NCBI GenBank assembly: GCA_009914755.4
Contig: CP086569.2
Coordinates: 24,896,001 to 24,960,000 of the forward strand
Direction of reading: 5' to 3'
From: the human T2T-CHM13v2.0 reference genome, Homo sapiens
Length of the DNA stretch: 64,000 nucleotides
Shown here: in pieces, positions 43,614 through 58,899 of the stretch
Layout: each line of letters begins with the position of its first letter
Numbering within the stretch: the stretch's first letter is position 1
The notes under the pieces: model-generated
What the model saw: the letters and a program-made list of their open reading frames with translations, nothing else
Told to the model about the DNA's origin: nothing
Databases searched by the model: none
Program-made: the position numbers and the translations under genes

Positions 43614-46600
43614 TATAACTGGGTTAACAGAAAAGTTATCATAAAAGAGTAGTAAAATAATAATCTACACTGGAGGTAATATAATATGGTAAAATTTGAT
43701 GAAGTAGGCAGGAGTAAGACAAATGAGTCCTCTGCCATGAGTAACTTTGGGGGAATAAGTAACTTTGGGGGAATAACTTACTTAGTCTTTGTAGGATTCA
43801 GTATCTTCCTTTGAGAATAATGCATTTTCCAAATTATATAAGATTATTTACATGATGAAATCAGCATTATTAACACTCAATAAATATACCCATTAAACAC
43901 AATTTTGGAAGGTTGGGGAGCATAGACAGAAGCTCCAAAAGTCAAAACATGACTGTAGCCATAGAATAAAATACAGTTGGTTTCCAAGTATCTGAGAGGT
44001 TTCTTATGGTTTTCATTGTGTCTTAGATTTGTGATGAAGAAATAAACAATCCCCAGTTCCTGCCCTGGAGAAGCTCATTGCATAGAAAAAGGAACTAGGC
44101 AGATATACATGCCACAGTACAGTAATGAAACAACATAAATCACAAGCAACCAAGTCCAAAGGTAAGATACCTAATTTGAAATTTTATATTCTGTTTCATT
44201 TGCTTCTTGCTGTTGTGACTAACCATCTCTATGTGTGTTAAATTCAACCCCCTAGGGGTAACACGGGCTATAGTTCCAGAACTTACCTTCCAATTTTTCT
44301 TCCGATAGTGGCTGTTAACCAAGGATTGGTGAATATCCTATATGAAGATTCTACTAAAAGTAAAGCTACCCTGACTGCGATGCTTGGATGATATAATTTT
44401 CTCTGTCTAAGAAAGAGGAAGAAAGTGTGTGTTTTGTAATTTCTATAAACGGTTAAGTGCTGACACACTAGTAGCTGAAAGACAAACTATTTTTGCCTAT
44501 TGAAAGGAAAAATGAAAAAATTGTAGGAAATCCATTTATTACAGTTAAAATATTCTAATTTTTTAATTTAGATTTTATCAGTATCTATACAGAAAAGTAA
44601 AAATAATAATAAGGAGAAAGAGCTTGAGTATAAACATTACCAAAATTTAGGTATTCCATATTCACTGATTTGGTGTTATATCCTAAATTGGTGATCTGCC
44701 ACTATAACCTAACTTTTTAACTGCTTTATTTTCAAATGAATACTCTTCATAGCAGTTTGATGATAATTCTTAACTAATATTTTTTACAAGTTCACATAGC
44801 ATAATTTGAAGAACAAATTTTTTTCTTTAGCAGGAAAAGCTCTGATTTGAGAAAAATGTATAGATAATTTTAAAAATAAGCACGGCTTTTGAAAGATAAA
44901 TATAAATACATCAGTCATAGTGTCTTAGAGATCTTAGACATATTATGAAAAAGTACTTCCCGCATAATTCACTTAAAGTAAAATAATGTCAGAGAGAAAA
45001 ACAGTAGCTGCTATCAGAACCTTCAAAGTGATAGTAATTAATAATTAGAATTTACCTCACTGTTCTGCTTCTCATCTTTGGAAAATCATTGTCTATATTT
45101 TCAGCTATGCATTCATTAGCAAGAGCACTGTTTCTAGTGGAATATATATATATGTATAATATGTGTATATATACATATGTGTGTATGTATATATATATAC
45201 TGCATCACAGAATTCATTTGATAAGTAGCACCAGCATTTTTGAGTCCCACAAATCTTTCTGGTGGGTGAGATCTAACAGGGAGCAGGTATTCTCACTTAA
45301 AAAGTGCTTCACAACCTGAGATCAGAAGAAAAAATAATGCTTCTACTATGAAAATAATGATCTTGCCCACTCTTCTTTCCATCTAGTGGCAAATTGATAT
45401 TAACAAACATTCACTTATCAACACAACCATTTTGAAAGAGTACTTTAAATTTTCATGTTAACAACAAGTTGAGAGACCATTACAGATGTTTAACCACAGA
45501 CCACTCACGTCCATATTTTAATGGCATTACATCTGTTTATTTTTTAAAAAAAGTTATTTGTTTAAAAAATCTCCTTTGAATACATATATGTTAACTATGT
45601 CAATTCAATTGTTAAATAAATTAACATAAAATGTGTTTTTAAAAGGAAACTCTTCTCTCTACATGGATCCCACAAGACAAAGATCTGAATTTTTAAGCAG
45701 TGAGTTCAGCTAGAAACTCATACAGTGTGCTAGAAAATATACTCACACAGAGAAAAACATAAAAAAATATTTCACATTTTTCAATTAAAGATCTGTTAAT
45801 TCAATTAAAGAATGCTGTTAATTGGCCTTTTAACACTCAGTTTGCTCTTGAAATAAACTAAATGTTGTTATCGTTTGTTAATTTACATATATTACTTCCC
45901 ACCCTCAGTGTCAGTTCTGTGTAAGATTTGAACATTACTGCTTATTTTTTTGGACTCTAGCAGACATTTAGAACTAATAAAATGTACTCAAATTTCTCTT
46001 CTCACATTATGATTTTTAAAGCCATACCTCTCTTAGAATTTAACTAAAATAACATTAAGCAACTTCAAGTTTATAAAAATCTTTTTAATGCATACATTTT
46101 AAAGATAAACTATTTGTAGCATTAAATTTGGCTCTGGTTACCCTGAGGATTCAGTATTTTTAAACATGTGATTCAATAAAACCCACTTTGGTTACAAATG
46201 CCAAGTATAGGGGGGAGCACTAAAGAAATACATACATTTTTTAAATTTAATATTGTCTGATGTAAATGGTTTTAAATGTACACCTGATGGCTACAAAATG
46301 TTAAACTAGTTGTTCAAAAAAAAAAAACCACAAACAGACAAAAAAAAAAAAACATGAGTTAATTTTTTCTAAATGAAAAATGGACTTTCAAAGTAAACAA
46401 TTATTAATAAAGAAAAACAGCTTTATAATTTAAAAATTCATGAGTAATTGCTTTGTCTATGTAATATATTTCATTTAAACAGTTTACTATCTTTTTGAGG
46501 TTCTTTACACAGCCAATAGCTGGTGCTACAAGTAGATCAAAACCAGGATTGATGGTAATGGGAGAGCTACAGACTGGAAGTGCTGGCTCTTCTGGCAGTT

Positions 46601-47473
46601 CTTTACTTCTTATACGTTACAGTTAAGCTTTTGATGCAGGGAAGATAACATCAATTAATTCCTAGTAATTTAGAAAAAGGAATCATATATTATTACTAGA
46701 AAACATATGGTAAGAAAAATATGTCTTTTCAAGAACATGCTTTTATGTTTATTTGACATAATTAAACATCTCATTATATCTTAAACAATTTTGAATTTTA
46801 TTCCAAAGCAAAATTATTTAAAAAAGAAGTAAATCAATAAATATAATTCATTTCCATAATTAATTTTTGAAGAAATTTCTAAAACTTGAGAACTTGACTG
46901 AAAAGAAAAATAGCATTCTAAATTAATCTACTCTTTTAATTACATATTAATGGAAAAAAATTATTTTCAATAAAAATAAAATGCATGAAAATTATCTTAT
47001 TTTCCTTGTATTATGAGACATATAAAGAAATTCATCAAAAATATGATATGAAAAATAGGTTTTTGCAAGATGGATATTTTTCTCAATTAGGAGTACAATC
47101 AAGGGACAGGCATGGTGACTCACACCTGTAACTCCAGCACTTTTGGAGGCCAAGGCAGGCAGCACACTTGAAGCCAGGAGCTTGAGACAGGCCTGGCCAC
47201 TATGGTGAAACCCCATCAGGTGTAGAGGTGCTCACCTGTAATCTCAGCTAATCAAGAAGTTCAGGCAGAATAATCACTTGAAACTGGGAAGCAGGGGGTT
47301 GTAGTGTGCCAAGATTGCACTGCTGTACTCCAGCCAAAGAGACAGTGTGAGATTCCTTTATACAAATAAAAGAAAATAAATTCAATCAATTAAGAAGTGA
47401 TATATAATAATTTAGTTTTCAATGCAGTTTGTGGCAACTATGAATTTTAATTACAAAATGCCTTGAATACACT
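43614..47473. repeat. Segmental duplication, copy B (~3.86 kb), direct repeat of 26831-30720. Contains the shared internally deleted Alu at 47103-47345 (+)
   Basis: See copy A. Confidence 0.9.
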
Positions 47474-47720
47474 GCCTCCCAAAGTGCTGGAGTCAGGGGA
47501 CAGGCAAATAGAATTCCCAAGGCAAAAAAGTCCGATGCCTATTTCCTTTGCCCAAGCAATCCTCCCATCTCTGCCTCCTGAATAGTTGAGACTACATGCA
47601 TGTGCCACCAGGCCCAGCTAAATTTTTTTTATTCTGTTGTTGTTGTTGTTGCTGGGCTCCAGTGATCTACTCACCTCAGCCTCCTAAAGTGCTAGGATTA
47701 TAGATATGGGTCACTACACC
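47473..47720 (-). mobile_element. Alu fragments (minus strand), immediately after the end of segmental-duplication copy B
   Basis: ctgcctcccaaagtgctggagtcagg ... cctcccatctctgcctcctgaatagttgagactacatgcatgtgccaccaggcccagctaa ... ctcacctcagcctcctaaagtgctaggattatag. Confidence 0.8.
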
Positions 47721-47827
47721 AAGCTAAAATTTACTTTCTAAAATTTAATTTTTAGGTCATTTATTTTTATTCAGTCTTATTTCTCATAAATGAAGTTAAG
47801 AATGTTATTGCTTTAGAGCTTCTTTTG

Positions 47828-47905
47828 GGGTATTCCTGAAGTAATAAATGGATTCTTAACATTTGGGGTATTCCTGAAGTAATAAATGGATTCTTAACAT
47901 TCATT
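47828..47905. repeat. Tandem duplication, ~38 bp x 2
   Basis: ggggtattcctgaagtaataaatggattcttaacattt repeated twice. Confidence 0.9.
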
Positions 47906-48835
47906 TTCTAAATGGTGTTAGAAAATGAGTAATTGCTTCAGATGAGTAATGATTATTTGGCCTCTTTTTGTTTTCTGGCTTCATTTCATTGTGTATGAAG
48001 AATGTACTTTTTTTTAACCTGCCTGTATATGTGAAATGAATTTTTCCTCTTTCAACATAATGTAGTACAAAACTGTTTAAACTGGTTATTCAATGACTTC
48101 ATAATTTTGGTTTTCTTCCTTGTGCATATTGGTCAAATTATTGGGACAACAATGTCAAAATTAATTCGCTTATGAAAAACTTTCTGATATAATGACATAA
48201 ATACAAATGAACAAAAACAAGCACACACATACCAATTAATTTCTAAAACTTTTAATTTTTTCTGCTAGTCTAGTACCTTGTATTGCATTACTCAGCAAAA
48301 TCTGTCAGCTCCACTTCCAGAATTGACTTTAACTCCACAGCATATGTCTTGTTTCCTGTTATCACCTTATTCTAAAACACAGCTTATATTACATTCACCA
48401 CCTACTTTAGACTGTAATTTCCTATTTTACACTCTAACTTTCTATAAAAAGAAACTACCTTTTCAAGGTCTAATTTAAGTAATTTTATTTTTTCTTAATT
48501 GAGACTTCTTTCTATGTGCTGTCACACCTTACAGCGTCAGATATGAATATCTCTATCCTATTTCAGCTGTTCCAGTTTTATTGGGGGGGGAATGTGTATA
48601 TATATTTATAAATGTGGGTATATATGTATTAGCTTATTATTTGTTTTTTCCATGTGTAATATATGTTTTGCATGCAAATATTTACTAAATCCCTGATAAT
48701 GGAAAGTTAACAAATCTTTTTTTTTTCCTTTTTTAAGTAAATTATTTTCTGAAGGAGGAGGGTTGGGAGGAATATATCTTAACATGGCAAGATTGAAAGA
48801 GAAAGTGGCCATTACTAATGAAAATTATTCCGTAA

Positions 48836-49249
<414 letters not shown>

Positions 49250-49252
49250 TAG

Positions 49253-49375
<123 letters not shown>

Positions 49376-50204
49376 TGAAGACTTGTGACTCATTAATTGC
49401 CATGTAGCTCATCATAACCTACCTATTAGCCATTATTTTAGGCTCCGCTTCTGTCAGTATTTGCACTCAAGGTCATCAGGCAAAGTATTGCCAGAACATA
49501 CTGAAAATCATCCAGAAGCATTGTGATATTGTGTAAACATGTAGAGAAAACTCAGTTAAAAGAATAAAAATAAGCAGCTGAGGAATTACTATTATTCATG
49601 GAGAAGGGTTGGATATTTTCAATAAAAAAGTATGCAATATCCACAAAATACACATATATACTTTCACAGAACTAACAGTAGAGAAGCTGAATGTGACTTT
49701 ATAAAGATACTCATAAAAAATTATAAACAGCAAAATTGTGGAAGTAGTTTCTAATAAAATTGATTTTTCTCCTGTGACTATACATTAGTAATTTTTGTTT
49801 TCTGAAATATAATTGTACAACTTATTAAACAAAACAAAACAAAAAATCCATCTGGGTCCAAAAACTGAGCACAAAAAAATAACTATAACTAATTTTTCAC
49901 CTAGTACATTTTTAGAACCTATGCCTTTAATTTAACAAGTGTTTGTAATCTAGCATACACATTATCGGTGAACTTTTTTTTATTTTTCAGAATTGGTACT
50001 TACCACAGGTTTCATTCTGTACTTAATGAGAATCTGAAAGAGAAGTCTTATGAGCATGCTCCAGTTTATATTAATTTAAGGTAACTAAAGTCTTTTTCAT
50101 TAAACTTTGACTAACAGAAAGCAACTCATATTAATGCATCTTAAAGCACAAACCTGTTTTATTAAAAAGACATCACCATGTTAACAATTTAAAATACTAA
50201 TTTA

Positions 50205-51255
50205 CATTCCTACCAACAGTGCACAAGGATTCTCTGTGCTCCATATTCTCAAAACACTTGTCATCTTTCATCCTGATAATAATAGCTATTCCAACATGTG
50301 TGAGAGGAGGGCTCATTTTTGGTTTTAATTTGCATTTCCCTGATGATCGGTGGTTTTGAGCATCTTTAAATATACAGTTGTTCAGGAATTAGCCGGGCGA
50401 CAGAGTGCACATCTGTAAACACCTACTAGGGAGGATGAGGCAGAATTGCTGGAAACCAGTGGGTGGAAGATTCAGTGAGCTGAGATCACACCATTGCATT
50501 TAAGCATGGATGACAGAGTGAGAATACCTCTCAAATCAATCAATCAATCAATATTAAATATAGAGTTGTTGGCCAGTTGTATATCTTCTTTTGAGAAGTG
50601 TAAATTCAGGTCCTTTGACCATATTTAATAGACTTAATTGGGTTTTCTGTTGTTAAATGACTTGTGTTCCTTGTATGTATTCATTATTCGCCCTTTATCA
50701 TACATATGGTTTGCAGATATTTTCTCCAAGTGTTTGGGGTGTCTCTTCACTTTACTATTTGTTTCCCTTTTCCCTTTGCTGTGCAGAAACATTTTAGTTT
50801 GATGTAACGTGATCCACTTGTTTTGTGTGGTGCTTTAGTAGCCTGTGTTTTGGGGTCATAGAATTGAGGTTTCAAAAATAAAATAAAATCAAAAATAGAA
50901 TTACTACATGATCCAGCTACTCTACTTCAGAATATGTACTCAAAGGGTATACAATTAGATTGTCAGAGACATATCTGCAGTCCTATATTCATCTCAGCAT
51001 TATTCCTAATAGCTAAGATATGGTAACAACCCAAGTGCTCATCAACAGATCAACAGATAAAGTGTTGCACATATACACAATGAAATATACTATGCATCCT
51101 TAAACAAAGGAGGAAGTTCTGTTATTTATTTGTGACCAAATGAATGGTATGGGAAGATACGATGCTCAGTGTAATAAGAGAGGCACAAAAAGACAAGTAT
51201 AGAATGATCACAATTATATGTAAAATCTAAAAAAGTTGAACTCATTCAAACAGTG
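50205..51255 (+). mobile_element. Old L1M-type L1 3' region (ORF2 C-terminus plus 3'UTR), plus strand, split by an Alu right-monomer fragment with a (TCAA)n tail at 50380-50545
   Basis: tttacattcctaccaacagtgcacaagg...tttaatttgcatttccctgatgatcggtggttttgagcatctt resembles the L1 ORF2 C-terminal region. The Alu is recognised by ...ggaggatgaggcagaattgctggaaaccag...gagatcacaccattgcatttaagcatggatgacagagtgag. Confidence 0.7.
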
Positions 51256-51261
51256 AATATG

Positions 51262-51400
51262 CCAGATGTGGTGGCTCATGCCTGTAACTCCAGCAATTTG
51301 GGAGTAAGAGATGGCTGGATCACTTGAGGTCAGAACTTTGAGGCCCCAGTGAGCCACTGTACTCCAGCCTGGGCAATGCAGCAAGGCCCTGACTCTTTAA
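51262..51400 (+). mobile_element. Alu (plus strand), internally deleted
   Basis: gccagatgtggtggctcatgcctgtaactccagcaatttgggag...gagccactgtactccagcctgggcaatgcagcaagg. Confidence 0.85.
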
Positions 51401-51584
51401 ACAAACCCACAAAAAGTAGTCAGAGATTGGACTGGGACGTGGTGATGGGGGTGGATAGAGAAAGGCAAGATGTTCGTCAAAGGGTAACAAATTTTAGTGA
51501 GACAGGAAGAAGTTCTGATCCATTGCACAGAATGGTGACCACATTAATACATGTCAACTTCAAAATTGCTTAATAAAAAAAAGA

Positions 51585-51870
51585 GCAGGCATGGTGGCTC
51601 ATGTTTGAAATCCCAGCACTTTATGCAGCCATGGCAGGAGGATCACTAGAGGTCAGGAGTTGGAGGCCAGCCTGGCCAACACGATGAAACATCGTCACTA
51701 CTGAAAATATAAGAATTAGCCAGGTTTGGTGGCATTCACCTGTCGTCCCAGCTACTTGAGTGACTGAGGCAAAATAACTTGTACTCGGGAGATGGCAGTT
51801 GAAATAAGCTGAGATTGCGCCACTGTACTCAAGTCTGGGCAACAGGAGCAAAACTCTATCTCAAAAAAAC
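51585..51870 (+). mobile_element. Alu (plus strand)
   Basis: agcaggcatggtggctcatgtttgaaatcccagcactttatgcag...gcgccactgtactcaagtctgggcaacaggagcaaaactctatctcaaaaaaa. Confidence 0.93.
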
Positions 51871-52503
51871 AGATTGTTTAAAAAGTAGAATTTATATATT
51901 CTTACCACAAAAAAAGAAATGATAAGTATGTGAGGTGATGGATATGGTAACTAGCCCAATTTAATTCTTTTGCAATATATACATGCATTATAAAATCACT
52001 TTGTGTCCCATAAATATTTACATTTGTTAGTTTAAAATAAAAATTTTAAAAGAATGAATTACAATTAAAATAAACTTGGCTTAATATACATAGACAATAA
52101 AATATGCTAAGGTTTTCTTCTATTTTGACTATTTGGCTTCTGTTATTTCTTAGGGAAGCAATCACCTTGGGAAGGGATGAAGAACAATAAAGCTTAATAT
52201 TATACAATTTCCATTATTTTGTTTTTGTTGTTTTTCTCCTTTTTTTCCTACCAAAGTAATGGAGACAACTTTCTTATTCACACTTTCTTTTGTGTTTCTT
52301 TCTCAGGAGAAATCGCCACCAAAAAATAATGTTCATGTAGATTTGTGTAAATTTTTTCTGCTCCTATCTATGACCCTTTTTGCCTTTGCTTTGGATTTCA
52401 TAGCTTCATAAAACACTGATTTACTTACTATTTGTCATCTCATTGTACCACTACTTCTTCACTGTACCTGCAGGATCGTTTTTTTCTTTTTATTTTCTTT
52501 TAG

Positions 52504-52505
<2 letters not shown>

Positions 52506-52539
<34 letters not shown>

Positions 52540-52790
52540 AGATGGAGTGTCTGGCACAATCTCAGCTCACTGCAACCTTGGCCCCCCAGATTCAGGTAAT
52601 TCTCCTGCCTCAGCCTCCTCAATACCTGACATTACAGTCATGCACTACCATGCTTGGCTGACTTTTGAATTTTTAATTGTGACGTGGTTTCACCATTTTG
52701 CCAAGGCTTGTGTTGAACTGACCTCAAGTGATCCACCCTCTCAGCCTCCCAAAGTGCTGGAATTACAGGTGTGAGACACCACACCCGGCT
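52506..52790 (-). mobile_element. Alu (minus strand) with a ~43-nt poly-T tail at 52506-52548
   Basis: T43 then gagatggagtgtctggcacaatctcagctcactgcaacc...cctcccaaagtgctggaattacaggtgtgagacaccacacccggc. Confidence 0.93.
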
Positions 52791-53269
52791 TGATCATTTC
52801 CTTTACTAGAACTACATGCTGCTTGTCCCAGTCCTAGATATGCCACTATCTATTCATTTATTTATTTTATTTGATAGCAAGACTCATGGAAAGAGTTGGC
52901 CCTGAAAAGGTTTAATTTTATTTCTCTTAACTATCCTTTTTTAAGGCATTTACCCTGTTTTTTTAGAATCGTATCTTATATTTGTCACTAAATCCCATAT
53001 TTCATTTATCTGTAGCATATTACTCAAACAGTCATGTGTATCTGTAAAACTGATTCCCACCCTCATTCCTGAAATACTATTTTGTTTTGGATTACATGAT
53101 TCAACTTTCCACTGATTTCTCTATTTAATTGTCAGTGTGCTTTGTTTCATTTTATCTCATATATGTCTATTCATTAGACTACTAATGTAACTACAGAGAA
53201 TACCTCTTTCTCCTTCTCTTTCTCTTTTTCCTTTTCCCCTTCTCTTTTCCCTTACCTCTTTTCTTTTCT

Positions 53270-53380
53270 TTTTTTAAGAGATGGTTCTGTCACCCAGCCT
53301 GGAGTACAGTAGTGAGAACTTGACTGACTACAGCCTCAAATTTCTGGGCTCAAGCAATCATCCTGGATTGGTCTCCTCTG
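53270..53380 (-). mobile_element. Alu fragment (minus strand)
   Basis: tttttttaagagatggttctgtcacccagcctggagtacagtagtgagaacttgactgactacagcctcaaatttctgggctcaagcaatcatcc. Confidence 0.75.
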
Positions 53381-54786
53381 TAGCGGAGACGACAGCAGTT
53401 CTAGGGAATTCAACTAGTGATATTACTTCTGGAATCCTATACATTGTGCTTTTTTTTTTTCTTATGAGCATACCAAGATTAAGACAGCTAAATTGTAAAC
53501 TTCTCCTGAACTTCTTCACACTTCCTACATGCCTCTGTCTTCCACCCTTTTTTGTATAAAAATATATCATCTATATAACATAAAAACTGGAGATATCCCA
53601 AATGCATTATTTTCCCTCATCTTTTACATATTTTATCTACAAGAACTTTTTTATTATCTACCAATTACAAATGTGTTTTTCTTATTGCTCTTTATACATT
53701 CCAGTTGAGGTCATCATTCATTCTTCACTAAATGATAATATCAACAACTTAATTTACTTCCTGCTTCTGTGTTACCCTATTCAATTTATTTTTTATTGAG
53801 GGTCTAGAATTATTCTTCTTTTCAATGAATACAACACATCTCTTTCCTTTTTCTTTCTTTTCTTCTTACCTTCTGCTTTAATACTGTTACTATACGAATT
53901 GAGGAGCAATTTCAGTGTACTATTATATCCACCATTTTAAGCTAAAATTCAGAGATATAATAGCCTCTCTATAAGTGTTTAATATTACAAAAATAATGAA
54001 ACTATAATTTCAGTATTAAATTTTTGAATAATGTCTATAGATTATTCATAAAACAAGATTTTAGTTGAGTTGCAGATAAGCTTATGCTATTTTTTTACTC
54101 ACTCCTTCCATTTTTATCCATCCTAGCTATAAGATATTTAGAGGTATGAACCTGGCATATTCTTCCCTGTACTTGACAGCCTATTGAAGTTATATGAATA
54201 AAGAAAAGTACACTGACAATTTAATTCATGTAACTAAATATAAATGTATTATATTTAAAATCTATTTATTTTAATTACTTAAATTTATTATTACAGTTAT
54301 TATTTAGATTTTTATTATTTAAATCTCAAACAATACAGGAAACAAAAATGTGGGAAAATCTCAAGTAATTCATTATTTATCTTTCTTTTTATCATAGAAA
54401 ACACAGGCCATCTCCTTACTGCTTAAGGCCGTATTTCCAGAACACTCATAACATTTCACTTTTCATTTCCCAAGGAAATCTGAGGAGTTTCTTTTGAACT
54501 CCATAGTGATATGCCTAAAACTACCCAGTGTAATTGTGTCTTCTTGGACGGTATGATTCTACAAGGTGAATATGATAATGACCTAAAATATCACCCTTAC
54601 ATTTAATTATATAAAACACCACTAATATTAACAATATATGAGCTGTACATTATGTAGTCTAATTAGAGAGTTAATTTTACACTCAAATAGTTTAGTTAGA
54701 TACTGTGAGATTAAACTGGCCAAGATGGAAATTAATTATTTGTAAAAACTACCACACTGTGATGAAATGAGTTAACTGGACTCTTT

Positions 54787-57073
<2,287 letters not shown>

Positions 57074-57227
57074 TGAACTTTTAATAATTTGGAAAATAAT
57101 AAAGTTATATTACTTAAATGTTACTAACAAAAACGTGTATTTCTTAACTATTTGTTACTACCTGAAAGACCGAATGGCTCTCATGATAATGATGGAAGCA
57201 GCTTCAAATGAAATGTTACAAAACAGT

Positions 57228-57520
57228 CTGGACATGATGGCCTATGCCTGTAATCCCAGCACTTTGGGAGGCTGAGACAGGTGGATGACTTGAGGTCAAG
57301 TGTTTGAGACCAGCCTGGCTAACATGGTGAAACCCCCTCTCTACTAAAAATAAGAATATTATCCAGGCATGGTGGTGCATGCCTGTAATCCCAGCTAGTC
57401 AGGAGGCTGAGACAAGAGAATCCCTTGAGCCTGGAAGGCAGAGGCTGCAGGGAGCTGAGATCGGGCCACTACACTCTAGCCTGGGTGAGAGAGTGAGACT
57501 CCATCTCATAAAAACCCCTC
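57228..57520 (+). mobile_element. Alu (plus strand)
   Basis: gacatgatggcctatgcctgtaatcccagcactttgggaggctgagacaggtggatgacttgaggtcaag...gggccactacactctagcctgggtgagagagtgagactccatctc. Confidence 0.93.
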
Positions 57521-58005
57521 TAAACTTTAAAAAGCAAGGTAAATTTAATCAAGTTTCTATTTCATGCTATCATATAAGTTCATTAGGATAAAAGGGAAGA
57601 GATACAAGGAAGATAAAATAAACCTCAGACTTGATTTTGGGGGCTCTGGAATCTAACAACATAACTCAGGGGAATGTTCAATGAAGAAAGACCAGACCTC
57701 TCCATTTGGGCAAAAGAGTATGTGGTATTTTAACTGCCCATCATCATCCACTTCATGGCTTCTAAACATTAAAAAGCAAGGTAAATTTAATCAAGTTTCT
57801 ATTTCATGCTGTCTTTAAAGTTCATTAGGTTAAAAGTGAAGAGATATAAGAAAGAAAAAAAGAAAACTTCAGCCATGATTTTGGGAGCTCTGGAATCTAA
57901 TAACATAACTCAGGGGAGTGTTTATTGAAGAAAGAACAGACCTCTAAATTTGGGGATGATAGTATGGGGCATTTTAACTGCCCATCATCATCCACTCCAT
58001 GGCTT
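57517..58005. repeat. Tandem duplication, ~245 bp x 2 (57517-57760 and 57762-58005), ~88% identity
   Basis: Both units contain aaaaagcaaggtaaatttaatcaagtttctatttcatgct...ttttggg(g/a)gctctggaatctaa(c/t)aacataactcagggga...ttttaactgcccatcatcatccact(t/c)catggcttc. Confidence 0.9.
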
Positions 58006-58374
58006 CATGGAAACTGTGAAGAAGATTAAATTATAGATTCAGCTTTTGATGTCTGTGGGGGAAATACAGAGCTTATCTCAAAGAATTGTGGTTGTGTGAT
58101 TTAAAATGTTTGAGGTTCCCTTGAAGATTACTGGCTCAGAGGCTTTTCTTTAGCTCACCACACAGTTTTCTTGGGGGCAGAAGCTGACTCCCGGGAGGCA
58201 TTTGTGGAAAGGAAATATACTAGTCAGAGCCATCTGTAGCAAGGAATAAGAGTCAGGTCAAGCAGTACACCAACAAAATACCTGGAAGGAAGAGGCTGAG
58301 GAAAAAAATTGATGTGGAAAACCAGGTTTGAAAAACCCTCAGTTTGTTGTTGTTTGTTGTGGATTGGGTTTTAA

Positions 58375-58700
58375 ATAGAGACAGAGTTTGCGCTGTGGCC
58401 CACGTTAGAGTCCTCTGGCATGATCATGTCCAAAGCTCAACCTCCTTTGGTTCAAATGGTCTTCCCACTTCAGCCTCCTGAGCATGTTATGTCTCTGGGT
58501 TCCACCTATCCTCCCCTCTCAGTGTCTCACAGTACAGGCATTGGCCACCATAACCAGCTTATTTTTGTATTTTTTTTTTTATACAGAAGAGATCTTGCCA
58601 TGTTGTCAAGGCTTGTCTCACACTTCTGGGCTCAAGTGATTTGTTCTCCTAAGCCTTCCAAATTGGTGGGGTTATAGATATGAAGCACCACATCCATATT
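58375..58700 (-). mobile_element. Old, diverged Alu (minus strand, AluJ-like)
   Basis: gagacagagtttgcgctgtggcccacgttagagtcctctggcatgatcatg...cttcagcctcctgagcatg...gggctcaagtgatttgttctcctaagccttccaaattggtggggttatagatatgaagcaccacatcc. Confidence 0.8.
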
Positions 58701-58899
58701 CCTACTGATATATTTAGAGGGATATAAGTATGTCCATTTTTGGATGCATGTGTGGAGAAGACCCCGAAACTTTTCATTTTTCCTTGGCTTTGGGCTAAAT
58801 ACTAGAGTTCCTCAAGGAGTCCATATGCAAAGTCTGGGCGGTTTTTCTCTACTTTCTTTTTCTATTTTTTCTTTTCTTTGCTTGGATTGTTTTTTAAAA

